NCBI GenBank assembly: GCA_964438075.1
Contig: CAYTIW010000002.1
Location: forward strand, 47,994 to 111,993
Direction: 5' to 3'
DNA: 64,000 bases
Origin: an uncultured Planctomycetales bacterium
GTDB lineage: Bacteria > Omnitrophota > Gorgyraeia > Zapsychrales > Fredricksoniimonadaceae
Shown: piece after piece, positions 46,268-56,829 of the stretch
Layout of the letters: each line of letters starts with the position of its first letter
How positions within the stretch are numbered: the stretch's first letter is position 1
Notes under the pieces: generated by a model
The model's input: only the letters and a program-made list of their open reading frames with translations
Told to the model about the DNA's origin: nothing
Databases searched by the model: none
Made by a program: the position numbers and the translations under genes

Positions 46268-47124
46268 TGGAATGTCCCTCTGCTGGATTTAATGCCACCG
46301 AAACGGCGTTCCCGATGCTGGAAATCGTATATGGCCTTCCGGAATTCCTCCGGCGTAAACTCAGGCCAGCATTTTTCAGTAAAAAAACATTCGGCGTAAG
46401 ACAATTGCCAAAGCAGAAAATTGCTTATCCGCATCTCACCAGATGTCCTGATGAGCAGATCCGGGTCCGGCAGCCCACTGGTATACAAATAAGATGAAAA
46501 CACCTTTTCATCTATCGCCTCCGTATCAATCTTACCTTCGCGGCAGTCACGGGCCAAGGAACGAACCGCATGGATGATCTCCTGGCGGCCGCCATAATTA
46601 AAAGCTATGTTCAGAATCATGCCACTATTATTTTTGGTCAGGTCTATTGCCTTATCGAATGTCTGTAGTACAAATCTTGGAACGCCTACACGGCTACCCG
46701 AAAGACGAAAGCGTATATTATTTTTGTGTAATTTCTTCAGTTTACTTCCCAGTGCGCTTACGAGGGTTTTCATCAGCATGGATACTTCAATTTCAGGGCG
46801 AACCCAATTCTCGGTCGAAAAAGTAAAGAGCGTAAGCGCCTTCAGACCGATATCTCTGGCTTCTTGGACGATCTCGTCGACCCGCTTTACTCCTTCAACA
46901 TGTCCTTGAGTCCTGGGCAATCCTCTGGACTCTGCCCAGCGGCCGTTGCCGTCCATAATTATGGCCACATGTGCCGGGATCCTGTCAGGCCGAAGTATCG
47001 TTTTTACCACATGATCTCCTTTAAAAAGCAAAGATCGAAGCCCGGCCAAAATAAAATGGGGGATATCAAATCCCCCATCACACGACGCCACACTAACATC
47101 ATACCACCTACCACCGCGTTCCAA
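46264..47124 (-). CDS. uppS: Undecaprenyl-diphosphate synthase (start probably internal, ~47016)
   Basis: HVAIIMDGNGRWA is the UppS signature. The ORF-track N-terminus carries a ~36-aa extension that is probably not translated. Confidence 0.85.
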   Translation of the reverse strand: MERGGRWYDVSVASCDGGFDIPHFILAGLRSLLFKGDHVVKTILRPDRIPAHVAIIMDGNGRWAESRGLPRTQGHVEGVKRVDEIVQEARDIGLKALTLFTFSTENWVRPEIEVSMLMKTLVSALGSKLKKLHKNNIRFRLSGSRVGVPRFVLQTFDKAIDLTKNNSGMILNIAFNYGGRQEIIHAVRSLARDCREGKIDTEAIDEKVFSSYLYTSGLPDPDLLIRTSGEMRISNFLLWQLSYAECFFTEKCWPEFTPEEFRKAIYDFQHRERRFGGIKSSRGTFQ

Positions 47125-47133
47125 CTTGCCAAG

Positions 47134-47640
47134 CTAGGGTTTCACCTGCGGTTGGGCTTTAATAGCCTCTGCGGCGGCTCTAGCTGCTCTTTCCGCTTCG
47201 GCTGCCCTTTTTTCGGCTTCTGCAGCCTTGCGAGCGGCATCTGCTTGAACAGCTTCAGCCTGAGCTTCTGCTTTGATCTTCTGTTCTTCCAAGTTCTGTT
47301 TTTTCCTCAAAGCTTCGCCCAGTTCCTTCTCCAGATCGACCTTGCTTTTTCCCAGTTGATCGATTTTTTGTTTCAAAGCCGCAACGGTTTCCTTATCTTT
47401 ATCATAGTTCTCTTGCATCTTGGAAAGTTTTACCTGGGCAGTTTGAAGGTCGGCCTCGAGTTTCTTTATTCTGTATTCCCCCTTCTGCTGTTCTTCTTCC
47501 GCGATCATGCGGCTATAACGCTCTTGTTCGAGTGTACGGGACGCATCTGCATTCTCACGGTTAAAACGGAATAACAACAAAATGCTTACGGCCGATACTA
47601 AAACTAAAACAAAAAGGAAGAAATTCTTTAACATATCCAT
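47134..47640 (-). CDS. Membrane-anchored coiled-coil protein (hypothetical)
   Basis: N-terminal TM helix followed by heptad-rich Lys/Glu/Ala-rich sequence. Confidence 0.4.
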   Translation of the reverse strand: MDMLKNFFLFVLVLVSAVSILLLFRFNRENADASRTLEQERYSRMIAEEEQQKGEYRIKKLEADLQTAQVKLSKMQENYDKDKETVAALKQKIDQLGKSKVDLEKELGEALRKKQNLEEQKIKAEAQAEAVQADAARKAAEAEKRAAEAERAARAAAEAIKAQPQVKP

Positions 47641-47646
47641 CCTGAA

Positions 47647-48270
47647 TTATTCAATTTCCTGGGCATCCGCCTGTTTGGAAACCTTCGGAAGGACCACGAT
47701 CTCGACTCGACGGTTCTTCTGTCGGCCTTCTTTGGTATCGTTGGTCGTCACCGGACGATATTCACCGCAGGCGATCGCCGATAACCTTTCCGGATTAATC
47801 CCTTGTTCCGTCAAAAACTGTAAGACGCTTAGGGCGCGTTCGGATGACAACTGCCAGTTCGACTTCCATCCGGAACGTTTGATCGGTTCGTTATCAGTAT
47901 GCCCCTCTATGCCGACATTCAAGTCTGAAACTGTGGACTTCAGGACGTTCGATACTTTCTCGAGTTTTTCCAGCGAAGCCGGTTTCAGGTCCACCTTGCC
48001 GGAATCAAAAAGCACTTCAGCCAAGAAAGTAATGACTAGGCCTTTTTCCAGCATCTCGACCTTTACTTCTTTATCGTTTATTTCCTTGGACAAGCGTTCT
48101 TCCAGCTCTTTTTTAGCGCGCTCCATCTCGGAAAGTTCGTTCTTCAGCCGGGAGATCCTTTCTACGTCAGTACGCCTGCCCTTCTGGAAAATAACAGTAC
48201 AGCCGGAGAACAAGAATGCCAGAACGACCGTCGGAACTATGGCTCGAAGTAACGGCATACGAGGAAACAT
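47647..48270 (-). CDS. OmpA/MotB-family peptidoglycan-binding lipoprotein
   Basis: Signal peptide plus lipobox (LFSGC). C-terminal OmpA-like domain NWQLSSERALSV...RRVEIVV. The start is taken at the internal MFPRMPLL. Confidence 0.7.
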   Translation of the reverse strand: MFPRMPLLRAIVPTVVLAFLFSGCTVIFQKGRRTDVERISRLKNELSEMERAKKELEERLSKEINDKEVKVEMLEKGLVITFLAEVLFDSGKVDLKPASLEKLEKVSNVLKSTVSDLNVGIEGHTDNEPIKRSGWKSNWQLSSERALSVLQFLTEQGINPERLSAIACGEYRPVTTNDTKEGRQKNRRVEIVVLPKVSKQADAQEIE

Positions 48271-48409
48271 TCCACCCTCCTGAAACGTGTTTTTCAAGTT
48301 ATCACAGTGAAATTTTAAAGTCAAGCTATTATCAGGGTTTCAGGCATTTTCCGTCTAGAAACTGTCTGAAAGAGGCTTTCTCCAGATAATGCCTGGATAA
48401 CAGCCGGCG

Positions 48410-49681
48410 TTAACGCACTATGATCTCATCGCGTTCGGATCCGATCGAAACATATTTGATCGGGACCCCGGTCAGGTCTTCCATTCTGATTATGTAGTCC
48501 CTGGCCTCGCGCGGTAACTTTTTAAAATCCCTGATATTCCCGACCGGCCTTTGCCAACCTCGAATTTCTTCATAAACCGGCTTGACATTGCAAAACACCT
48601 CATAATCATGCGGGAAGTCTTTGATTATTTCACCTTTATATTTGTAGGCCTTGCATAATTTAATGGTTTTAAGTTCATCCAGAACGTCCAACTTCATGAT
48701 CGCCAGTTCATCGTAGCCGCCGACCACAGCAGCGTAGCGTATCAGCACGCTATCGAACCAGCCACATCTCCTGGCACGGCCGGTAGTCGCTCCGTACTCC
48801 TTGCCCTTGGTGCGGATATCGTTCTCCATCTTGGCATCGAATTCGGTGGGGAACGGACCGCCGCCCACACGGGTAGTATAGGCTTTGACCGCCGCGATCA
48901 CTTTGTCAATCTTGGTGGGAGGCACCCCGCTACCGCTGGTAACACCTCCCACTATTGTGTTGGAAGATGTGACATATGGGTAGGTCCCAAAGTCAATGTC
49001 TAGGAATGCGCCCTGTGCGCCTTCAAAGAGGATCTTCTTTTTCTTGGCCATGGCGTCATGCAGATAGAGGGCCGTATCACAGACATAAGGCTTCAGGCGT
49101 TTGGCGTATCCCCTATACTCATCGTATATTGCGTTAAAAGTAAAACCTTGTTGATCGAATACTTTCTGGAAATATTCGTTCTTCTCGAGGAGATTGTCCT
49201 TCAACTTGGCGGCAAAGACCCGTGGATTTAACAGATCGACCATGCGTATACCGCACCGGGTCACTTTGTCGGCGTAACAAGGCCCTATACCCCGGCCCGT
49301 TGTCCCGATCTTATGTTCGCGCATTTTCTCCCTCAAACCGTCCAGGATACGGTGATAAGGCATGACCACATGGCTGTTGACGGCGATCTTTAGCTTGTCA
49401 GGCGATACGTTCGTGCCACGCTCTTTTAGAGAATCTATTTCATCCAAAAGAGCCTTGGGATCAACCACCACTCCGTTACCGATGATGCATACCTTGGCAT
49501 CGCGCAGGATAGCAGACGGCAACAGATGGAATACATATTGCTCTTGTCCCACAATTACCGTGTGTCCGGCGTTGCTGCCGCCTTGGTACCGCACGGTAAT
49601 ATCGACATCCTTCGAAAGTATGTCGATGAGTTTCCCCTTCCCTTCATCGCCCCATTGGGCTCCGACCACCACTATGTTCAT
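48410..49681 (-). CDS. purA: Adenylosuccinate synthetase
   Basis: The N-terminus MNIVVVGAQWGDEGKGK is the PurA signature. Confidence 0.9.
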   Translation of the reverse strand: MNIVVVGAQWGDEGKGKLIDILSKDVDITVRYQGGSNAGHTVIVGQEQYVFHLLPSAILRDAKVCIIGNGVVVDPKALLDEIDSLKERGTNVSPDKLKIAVNSHVVMPYHRILDGLREKMREHKIGTTGRGIGPCYADKVTRCGIRMVDLLNPRVFAAKLKDNLLEKNEYFQKVFDQQGFTFNAIYDEYRGYAKRLKPYVCDTALYLHDAMAKKKKILFEGAQGAFLDIDFGTYPYVTSSNTIVGGVTSGSGVPPTKIDKVIAAVKAYTTRVGGGPFPTEFDAKMENDIRTKGKEYGATTGRARRCGWFDSVLIRYAAVVGGYDELAIMKLDVLDELKTIKLCKAYKYKGEIIKDFPHDYEVFCNVKPVYEEIRGWQRPVGNIRDFKKLPREARDYIIRMEDLTGVPIKYVSIGSERDEIIVR

Positions 49682-49691
49682 ATTTTTCTCA

Positions 49692-50381
49692 CTATATAAA
49701 TTGCAAAAATATAATCAAGATACCTGAACCGATGGCAATAAAAAAAGCCGCCAAAATAATATAGACCATGGAGGTCCTTATGATCTTCTTCTTTGGGCCA
49801 GCTTGTTTTTTTGCTATTGAAAAAGCCCCTATTAAAATCAATACGAAAGACAGATTCTTAAAAAGAAAGTAGAACGCCATTGAGCCGAAGGTATCCCATC
49901 CCTTTCCCGGCAAAAGAGCTTGGGTAGCCAGAAAAGTGACATACTGCGTGGGGGCCCAGATCATGGATACATAGGCCAAGGCCATTGCCGCTATAATGGC
50001 AGTCGGAGCGTGCAGTATCCAGGATAATGGGAGGATCTTCAGATCGATCTCCTTTTCTTCAGCAGAGCCCCGGAACTCTTCGATCCAGCGGGCAAATAAT
50101 TTTAATCCCGCCCACAACAACCATAACCCAAGAAGCATAAAAACCACCCGGCTAACGTCCGGGAACCATTTAACATAAACCAAACTGTTAAAGTAACCCA
50201 TTAACAGGAGCAGTCCCAGGGTATAAAAAACCAGAATGAAGTAGATCCCAAAGAAAAGCATCGCCTTGCGGTCGCCAGAGAGGGATATGCATGCAGCCGT
50301 GAACCACGCCAATATCGCAACATAGACAGGCGACAGGCTGTCGGATATGCCCCAGATGATCAGCTCTGGAATCTGTTCCAT
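49692..50381 (-). CDS. Hypothetical polytopic membrane protein
   Basis: About 6 TM helices. No motif recognised. Confidence 0.4.
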   Translation of the reverse strand: MEQIPELIIWGISDSLSPVYVAILAWFTAACISLSGDRKAMLFFGIYFILVFYTLGLLLLMGYFNSLVYVKWFPDVSRVVFMLLGLWLLWAGLKLFARWIEEFRGSAEEKEIDLKILPLSWILHAPTAIIAAMALAYVSMIWAPTQYVTFLATQALLPGKGWDTFGSMAFYFLFKNLSFVLILIGAFSIAKKQAGPKKKIIRTSMVYIILAAFFIAIGSGILIIFLQFI

Positions 50382-50386
50382 TTTGA

Positions 50387-51973
50387 TTATACCTTTAACA
50401 TTTTGACGAACTGTATGCCTTGGGTCGCCTTAAGGCTTTCAATGACCGCCGCGGGGACGTCACTATCGAGGTTGACCACGCTGACCGCCATCGCACCTTG
50501 TTTTTCGCGCCCGAAGGTGATGTAGGCAATATTGACCTGGGCATTCCCCAGCGCCATCCCGACCGCCCCCACGATGCCAGGCACGTCGTTATTGCGTATA
50601 AAAAGGATGTTGCCTTCCGGCACCGCTTCAACGTAAACATTATTGATCTTGACTATGCGCGGTTTCTTGTTGGCCGAGAGCACGCCCCAGACCTCGACCG
50701 TTTCTTTGTCTGTCTCGATCTGCAACTTGATACAATTCCCGAACTCCTGTTCGTCCTCGATTATCTCTTGGATAGCTATGCCTCGCTCTTTAGCAATATC
50801 AAGCGAATTGATCGCATTAATATTCTCCGCTAGTATAGGCTTGAGGACGCCATGCACCAGGGACATAGCTACCGGCATCATGTTATAGCGCGGCAGACTG
50901 CCGCCATAAACGCTCCGGATCGCTTTGATCCCGCCGCTCACCAGCTGGCCCGCGAATTTGCCCAACTTATCTCCAAGGTCGATATAAGGTTCCAGGACTT
51001 TATATGATTCCGCATCCAGTGAAGGGAAATTGGCCGCGTTGCGTATGCCTCTTCCCAAAAGGGCATCGCGAACGGTATAAGCTATTTCGACGGCAACGTT
51101 TACCTGAGCTTCGGCAGTCGATGCGCCTAAATGAGGTGTCAAGACGCAGTTGTCCAGTTTGAGCAAAGGGAAATCCGCCTGAGGAGGTTCCTGGTCATAA
51201 ACGTCCAGGGCGGCCCCCGCAATGCGTTTTGCTTCCAGGGCCTTGGCCAACGCCCCCTCGTCGATGATGCCGCCGCGCGCGCAGTTGATCAGGCGCACGG
51301 ACTTCTTCATCATCGCGATCTCCTTCTCGCCGATCATGCCCTTGGTCTCATCGGTCTTTGGCACATGGACGGTGATGAAGTCCGAGTTCTTGATCAAATC
51401 TTCCAACGGCGTAACAGCAATGCCTTTTTTAGCCGCCATTTCAGGTGAAAGGAAAGGGTCATAGGCCTTGATCGTCATGCCGAAACCCTGCGCGAACTTG
51501 GCAACGGTAGAACCGATGCGGCCCAGTCCGATAATGCCGAGGGTCTTGCCGTAAAGTTCCACCCCCTGGAACTTGCCGCGATCCCATTTGCCAGCTTTCA
51601 TGGAACCGTGCGCCTGAGGTATATTCCTGGCCAGGGCCATGATAAGGCTGAAGGCGTGTTCGGCCGTAGAGGTAGTATTACCGCCGGGAGTATTCATGGC
51701 GATAATGCCTTTTTTAGTGGCCGCTTTAAGATCGACGTTGTCCAGCCCCACCCCGGCGCGGCCGATGACTTTCAGCCCCGCGGCCGCCTCAATGATCTCT
51801 TCGGTGACCTGCGTGCCGCTGCGCACTATCAAAGCGTCGTAGCCGCCGATGATCTTTTTTAATTCTTCGGGTTTGAGGTCATATTTGGTGTCGACCTCGA
51901 ACAGGTCGCCTTCCCTGAGGATCTTCAAACCTTCCTCGGCCAATTTGTCGCTCACAAGAATTTTCATCTTCAT
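50387..51973 (-). CDS. serA: D-3-phosphoglycerate dehydrogenase (with C-terminal ACT domain)
   Basis: 2-hydroxyacid dehydrogenase NAD-binding GxGxxG (GIIGLGRIG). Catalytic His/Glu. 528 aa with an ACT tail. Confidence 0.85.
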   Translation of the reverse strand: MKMKILVSDKLAEEGLKILREGDLFEVDTKYDLKPEELKKIIGGYDALIVRSGTQVTEEIIEAAAGLKVIGRAGVGLDNVDLKAATKKGIIAMNTPGGNTTSTAEHAFSLIMALARNIPQAHGSMKAGKWDRGKFQGVELYGKTLGIIGLGRIGSTVAKFAQGFGMTIKAYDPFLSPEMAAKKGIAVTPLEDLIKNSDFITVHVPKTDETKGMIGEKEIAMMKKSVRLINCARGGIIDEGALAKALEAKRIAGAALDVYDQEPPQADFPLLKLDNCVLTPHLGASTAEAQVNVAVEIAYTVRDALLGRGIRNAANFPSLDAESYKVLEPYIDLGDKLGKFAGQLVSGGIKAIRSVYGGSLPRYNMMPVAMSLVHGVLKPILAENINAINSLDIAKERGIAIQEIIEDEQEFGNCIKLQIETDKETVEVWGVLSANKKPRIVKINNVYVEAVPEGNILFIRNNDVPGIVGAVGMALGNAQVNIAYITFGREKQGAMAVSVVNLDSDVPAAVIESLKATQGIQFVKMLKV

Positions 51974-52036
51974 AACAACTCCTGTATAAAATATGCTTGG
52001 GCCTATGGATACAGCCTGTTACCCATCGCCGTCCGC

Positions 52037-53176
52037 TTAACTATTGAATACTCTCTGCGCTGCTGCTAAACCCGCCCCCATTTCGAACTTGTGTCCGGCT
52101 TCTTTAAGGACCTTTTCGAGGCAGGATAGACCCGTCAGGATGTCGTACTCATCGACGGCACCCATATGAGCGATCCGTATGACCTTGCCGTCCAGGTCGC
52201 CCTGGCCGCCGGCCATGGTTATCCCGTGGACATCGCGCATGGTCTTGACGATCTTTTTCGGGTTCAAAGCCTCCGGCACCAAAATGGCCGTCAAAGCCCG
52301 TGAACGGAACTGCGGGTCCGCGTAAACTTTCAACCCCATAGCCTCTGCGGCCGCCCAGACCGCCCGGGCCATTTTGAGATAATAGGCCTGCTTTTTATCC
52401 AGCCCATCTGCCAAAAGCATCTTGACCGATTCGTTCAGGGCAATGACCATCCCTATCGCCGGAGTGAAAGGTGTGTCGGTCTCGGCCAGGGACTTCTTGG
52501 CTTTTCTGAGATCGAAATAGAATCGGACATTTGTCGAGGTGTCGATCATAGCCATGGCTTTGGCGGATACGGCCACTATCCCTACACCAGGCGGAAGCAT
52601 GAGGCCTTTGTGGCAACCGGAACAAACCACGTCCACGCCCCATTCGTCCATCTTCATCGGCTCTGTCCCGAGAGCGCTCACCGCATCGGCCACCAGCGCA
52701 GTTGCGGTTGTTTTCAAGAACGAGCCTATGGATTCCAGGTCTGGCGTCGCGGAAGTAGAGGTTTCGCACTGGGTCACGAAGACCGCCTTTGCGTCCGGGT
52801 TATCGTTCAAGGCCTTCTTTATCTCCTCGACCGTGACCGCACGGCCCCATTGCACTTTGAGCACGACAGGAACGCCTTTATAAGCTTTTACCAGCGACGT
52901 CCAACGTTCTCCGAATTTGCCATATTCGACGGTGATCGCTTTGTCCCCAGGGGAAATAAGATTGGCTACTGCGGCCTCCATAGCGCCGGTTCCGGAAGAA
53001 GCCAGCAGATATACGTCACTTGTGGTGCCGATGATCTTTTTCAAACCCTCCGTCACTTCCTTCAACACCTGCTGGAACTGCGGAGTGCGGTGGTGGATGA
53101 TCGGCTTACCCAGGATTTCACTTAATTCTACCGGCACCTTCGACGGGCCAGGGGTCAATAATAGATTCCTTTTCAT
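52037..53176 (-). CDS. Class-V aminotransferase (phosphoserine / serine-pyruvate aminotransferase type)
   Basis: N-terminus LLTPGPSKVP. A PLP-Lys region. Adjacency to serA suggests the phosphoserine aminotransferase role. Confidence 0.7.
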   Translation of the reverse strand: MKRNLLLTPGPSKVPVELSEILGKPIIHHRTPQFQQVLKEVTEGLKKIIGTTSDVYLLASSGTGAMEAAVANLISPGDKAITVEYGKFGERWTSLVKAYKGVPVVLKVQWGRAVTVEEIKKALNDNPDAKAVFVTQCETSTSATPDLESIGSFLKTTATALVADAVSALGTEPMKMDEWGVDVVCSGCHKGLMLPPGVGIVAVSAKAMAMIDTSTNVRFYFDLRKAKKSLAETDTPFTPAIGMVIALNESVKMLLADGLDKKQAYYLKMARAVWAAAEAMGLKVYADPQFRSRALTAILVPEALNPKKIVKTMRDVHGITMAGGQGDLDGKVIRIAHMGAVDEYDILTGLSCLEKVLKEAGHKFEMGAGLAAAQRVFNS

Positions 53177-53202
53177 AATTCTTTTTCTTTCCTTCCTAAG
53201 CT

Positions 53203-53817
53203 TTAACTTGGTAATGTTGTAATGACTTCGTCTACCAGACCGTATTCCTTTGCTTCCTGCGCGGACATGAAGAAATCCCGGTCTGAATCTTTCAATATTT
53301 TATCCACCGGCTGTTTGGAATGCCGGGAGATGATGTTTGAGAGGTTCTCTTTCATGCGGAGTATTTCCTGGGCCTGGATGGAAATATCGCTGGCCGTACC
53401 CTCGGCGCCTCCCCAGGGCTGATGGATCATTATCCTGGCGTTAGGCAGGGCGAAGCGACGGCCGGTGGCGCCGGCGGTCAGTAATACCGCGCCCATACTC
53501 GCCGCCTGACCGATGCAAAAAGTACAGACCTTAGGCTTTACGAACTGCATGGTGTCATAGATCGCCAGGCCAGCCGTGACCGACCCTCCCGGAGAGTTGA
53601 TATAGAGGCTTATGTCTTTGTCCGGACTCTCTGATTGGAGGAACAGTAACTGCGCCACCACCAGGTTGGCTACCACATCGTCGATCGCCGAACCCAGGAA
53701 AATAATACGGTCCTTCAGGAGCCGGGAATAAATATCATAAGCCCTCTCAGCGTGCCCGGTACTCTCCACGACCATTGGAACAAGCGTAGCTCTGGCCATT
53801 ATTTTGCCTCCTCCCAT
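53203..53817 (-). CDS. clpP: ATP-dependent Clp protease proteolytic subunit
   Basis: GQAASMGA contains the catalytic Ser; other ClpP motifs are present. The start is either MGGGKIM (overlapping tig) or MARAT at ~53799. Confidence 0.9.
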   Translation of the reverse strand: MGGGKIMARATLVPMVVESTGHAERAYDIYSRLLKDRIIFLGSAIDDVVANLVVAQLLFLQSESPDKDISLYINSPGGSVTAGLAIYDTMQFVKPKVCTFCIGQAASMGAVLLTAGATGRRFALPNARIMIHQPWGGAEGTASDISIQAQEILRMKENLSNIISRHSKQPVDKILKDSDRDFFMSAQEAKEYGLVDEVITTLPS

Positions 53818-54701
53818 TTAGCTTCCTTAAGTAAGAACTCCATGATCTTGGCCGCCAGGCTTTCGCCCTGCTTGACCTCGACCTTTTCTTCCTGCGCGAT
53901 CTTCTGAAGGATAAGGAACAGCTTGACATCTTTTTCAGCTGCCGTCTTGATCTCTGATTCAGCCTCCGTCAGCCGCTTATGAATGTCCTCTTCTTTGGCC
54001 CCGTACTGTTTCAGACGTTGCCGGAACTCTTCCACCCTGGAGGACAACTGTTTTTCTACCAGAGACGCGGGGACATGCAGCGAGGCTCTCTTGAAAAGTT
54101 CCTCGATCAGCTGTTGTTCGATGTCCTGGCGGTTCTGGCGCTCTTTGTCGAATTCCAGGTTGCGTTTGAGCGCTTTTTTGAACTCCTCCAGGCTGGGGAA
54201 GCCCATGCTCTTGGCGATATCATCGGTCAGTTCGGCCTTTTCATCCAGGCCACGGCTTTTTTTAAAGTAATCCAGGGTCTTTCCTAGCTCATCTTCGGAG
54301 ATCTCGGAGCTTTTCTTGGCGACCTTTATGCCACGGTAATCTTTGATCTCCACTTCCGGCCGGATGTCGAAGGTGGCACGGAATTTAAGTATGCCATCGG
54401 TCAGGTCTACCTGATCGATCATCGGATAATCGATCGGGTCCAGTTTCTCCTGCACGAGCCCTTCCTGGTACACTTCGGGTATCAGGCTCTTGAGGGTTTC
54501 TTCCTTGGCCAGTGAGCCGTGCGCGCTCTGGACCAGTTTTTTGGGGGCCTTGCCCTTGCGGAAGCCGTCAATGCGGGCATGCTTGGCCAGGTCCTTCAAC
54601 ACCTCATCTGTTTTCTTGGCGACGCGTTCCTTAGGTACTTCGAAATGCATCTCGCGTCTCAACGCATCGATCTTTTTTACCGAAACTTTCATGCGGTTCA
54701 C
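53799..54701 (-). CDS. tig: Trigger factor, short form lacking the PPIase domain
   Basis: N-domain signature [12 protein letters not shown]. 300 aa made of an N-domain plus C-domain-like helical arm, with no FKBP segment. Conserved tig-clpP order. Confidence 0.7.
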   Translation of the reverse strand: MNRMKVSVKKIDALRREMHFEVPKERVAKKTDEVLKDLAKHARIDGFRKGKAPKKLVQSAHGSLAKEETLKSLIPEVYQEGLVQEKLDPIDYPMIDQVDLTDGILKFRATFDIRPEVEIKDYRGIKVAKKSSEISEDELGKTLDYFKKSRGLDEKAELTDDIAKSMGFPSLEEFKKALKRNLEFDKERQNRQDIEQQLIEELFKRASLHVPASLVEKQLSSRVEEFRQRLKQYGAKEEDIHKRLTEAESEIKTAAEKDVKLFLILQKIAQEEKVEVKQGESLAAKIMEFLLKEAKWEEAK

Positions 54702-54720
54702 TTTCCTTTACTGCGGTTGG

Positions 54721-55443
54721 TCACATTGTGAATTTTTCACCTAGGTATATCTTTCGAGCCATGGGGTCATTCATAAGATCATGCGCCGTCCCGGAACGCA
54801 GGATCTGGCCATCGGCGACCAGGAAAGCCCGGTCAACGATCGATAGCGTTTCGCGGACGTTATGGTCTGTTAATAATATCCCCATGCCACGCTTCTTCAA
54901 GTCTTTTATTATTTCCTGCGCTTCCGCCACCACGATCGGGTCTATCCCCGAGAAAGGTTCATCCAGCAAGAGGAAAGAAGGGTTGGTGACCAGCGCCCGC
55001 GTTATTTCGAGCCTACGGCGTTCCCCGCCAGAGAGCGTGTAGGCCTTGCTTTTAGCCAAGTGCCATATATTGAGCTCTTCCAGCAGCGACTCCATCCGGC
55101 GCCGGCGTTCGCGCGGACCGATGTCCAGGGTCTCCAGCACGGCCATGATGTTCTCTTCCACCGTCAGTTTGCGGAAAATGGAAGGCTCCTGGGCTAGATA
55201 GCCCATGCCCAGCCGGCAGCGTTCGTGAATTGGCTTTTTGGTGATGTCCTCCTGGTCGAAAAAGATCTCCCCCCGGTCGGGTTGGATGATCCCGACAGCC
55301 ATGTAAAAGCTGGTGGTCTTGCCGGCCCCGTTCGGCCCCAGCAGACCGACTATCTCCGAGCGCCCGACTGAAAGGCTCAGCCCGTTGACGACCGAACGTC
55401 CGTTATATATCTTGACCAGGTCCTTAAGTTCTAAAAGGTCCAT
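54721..55443 (-). CDS. lptB: LPS export ABC transporter ATP-binding protein LptB
   Basis: Walker A GPNGAGKTT. LSGGERRRLEI is the ABC signature. Position next to lptA/kdsCD. Confidence 0.85.
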   Translation of the reverse strand: MDLLELKDLVKIYNGRSVVNGLSLSVGRSEIVGLLGPNGAGKTTSFYMAVGIIQPDRGEIFFDQEDITKKPIHERCRLGMGYLAQEPSIFRKLTVEENIMAVLETLDIGPRERRRRMESLLEELNIWHLAKSKAYTLSGGERRRLEITRALVTNPSFLLLDEPFSGIDPIVVAEAQEIIKDLKKRGMGILLTDHNVRETLSIVDRAFLVADGQILRSGTAHDLMNDPMARKIYLGEKFTM

Positions 55444-55450
55444 TTCCCAC

Positions 55451-56336
55451 CTAGAATTTCAGTGTGTCGGCCATGGTTTTATCGCCGGTGTCCAATATAA
55501 GCTTTGGCTTCCCGGTCAATATCATGCGCTGTTCGTCAGCTTTGTAGGTAAGGCTGTCCGAATACGTTATGTTGTTCCCCTGATGCACCTCTACGTGCCC
55601 CGTGCAATAAATCTCCTTGATCTTTCGGGTATCGGGATCGAAGAGCACCTCCATGCGGTCGGCCTTAAGCGCCCGGTCCGACCCCGATTCGATGGCGACG
55701 ACGTTCTCATTGAAGACGGCCGCTTGTTTGATCTGGTCGATCTCCATCGGCCCGTCAGAAGTTATCTGTATCCGATTGTTCTTTTGATTGTCCTTGCTGG
55801 CAGCCTCGATATCGGCCGTCACATCGCTCTCCAGCTTGGCGGTCTTTAAGCCGGGATGCGCCTCCATACCCTGCCCTTTTATCTTCATGGTCTCGTCTTC
55901 CAGCGTGACGACGTCTTCTGTCTTGACGATATTCTCGTTCCTTTTCCAGTCCAAGGTGTTCGTCTTCATCTGAGCGCCGTTCTCGGTAGTTATCACCACA
56001 TCCTCCTGGAGATGGACATCGCCAGTGGTCTTGTCGATGTTGCCGCGTTTGGCTTTCAGGTTCGTGTCTTCGTTGCCGTAATTATTGGCGTTCACGTTGG
56101 TGACCTCGACCTTATCGCCGTTAATATTGGCCTTGTCGCCTTTGATATCCCAGGCTTTTGTGCCGCTGTCGGAATATCCCGAGAGATTAAAACCTTCCAT
56201 CTGCTGCGGAACATTGACATTAGAGCTGGCTGGTGTGAGGGGGTTCGGGTCGATTTCCTCTGCCCAGCCCGCTTTTGCGGCAAAAATTGACAACGCCATA
56301 AATAAGAAAATCTTGGTGTATATATTCACTTCACGC
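55451..56336 (-). CDS. LptA/OstA-like periplasmic LPS-transport protein (possibly an LptC–LptA fusion)
   Basis: Signal peptide MEREVNIYTKIFLFMALSIFAAKAGWA, then repetitive beta-jellyroll-like OstA sequence. Start taken at the internal ATG 56334-56336. The ORF-track N-terminal 103 aa overlap kdsC and are rejected. Confidence 0.55.
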
Positions 56337-56829
56337 TCCATTTGCCTTGCGCGTGCAATATTTTCTCGACGATGTCTCTTACCGCCCCGCGCCCACCGTG
56401 CAGTCGCGAAACAAAATGCGCTTCCTGGCGCACCTCGGGAGCCGCATTTGACGGTGCCGCCGCGAAACCGACCCGGGACATAATCTCCAGGTCCGGCAGG
56501 TCGTCGCCGATAAAGCAGACCTCGTCGTCTTTTACCCCGAAAGCTTTTAACATTTTCAAGTAAGCACCGATCTTCGGATATTCGTCGAGATAGACCTTGT
56601 CGATCTTCAGATCGGCCGTCCTTGCCTTTACGGCCCGGCACCCGCGGGCAGAGATGACCGCGGTCTTGAGCCCCTGATGCCTTGCCTTGGATATGGCGAA
56701 ACCGTCGCGGACGTCAAAGAACTTAAGCTCGCGCCCTTCGCCGTCGTAGACTATCCGGCCGTCGGTCATTACCCCGTCCACGTCCATGGCGATGACTTTT
56801 ATCTTCTTTAACCGATCCAATATCTTCAT
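56326..56829 (-). CDS. kdsC: KDO 8-phosphate phosphatase (HAD family)
   Basis: HAD motif I VIAMDVDGVMTDG. Context kdsD-kdsC. Confidence 0.8.
   Translation of the reverse strand: MKILDRLKKIKVIAMDVDGVMTDGRIVYDGEGRELKFFDVRDGFAISKARHQGLKTAVISARGCRAVKARTADLKIDKVYLDEYPKIGAYLKMLKAFGVKDDEVCFIGDDLPDLEIMSRVGFAAAPSNAAPEVRQEAHFVSRLHGGRGAVRDIVEKILHAQGKWSVK

Noticed and set aside
46900-47124. Possibility that UppS really starts at the ORF-track Met (MERGGRWYDVS...)
   Set aside because: UppS family proteins begin ~10 aa before the IIMDGNGRWA motif. The 36-aa extension has no counterpart, so an alternative (GTG/TTG) internal start is more likely. Left flagged rather than asserted.
56337-56641. 103-aa Arg/Gly-rich N-terminal extension of the LptA-like ORF
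   Set aside because: It overlaps the kdsC coding region in another frame. An internal ATG followed by a good signal peptide (MEREVNIYTKIFLFMALSIFAAKAGWA) is the plausible start.
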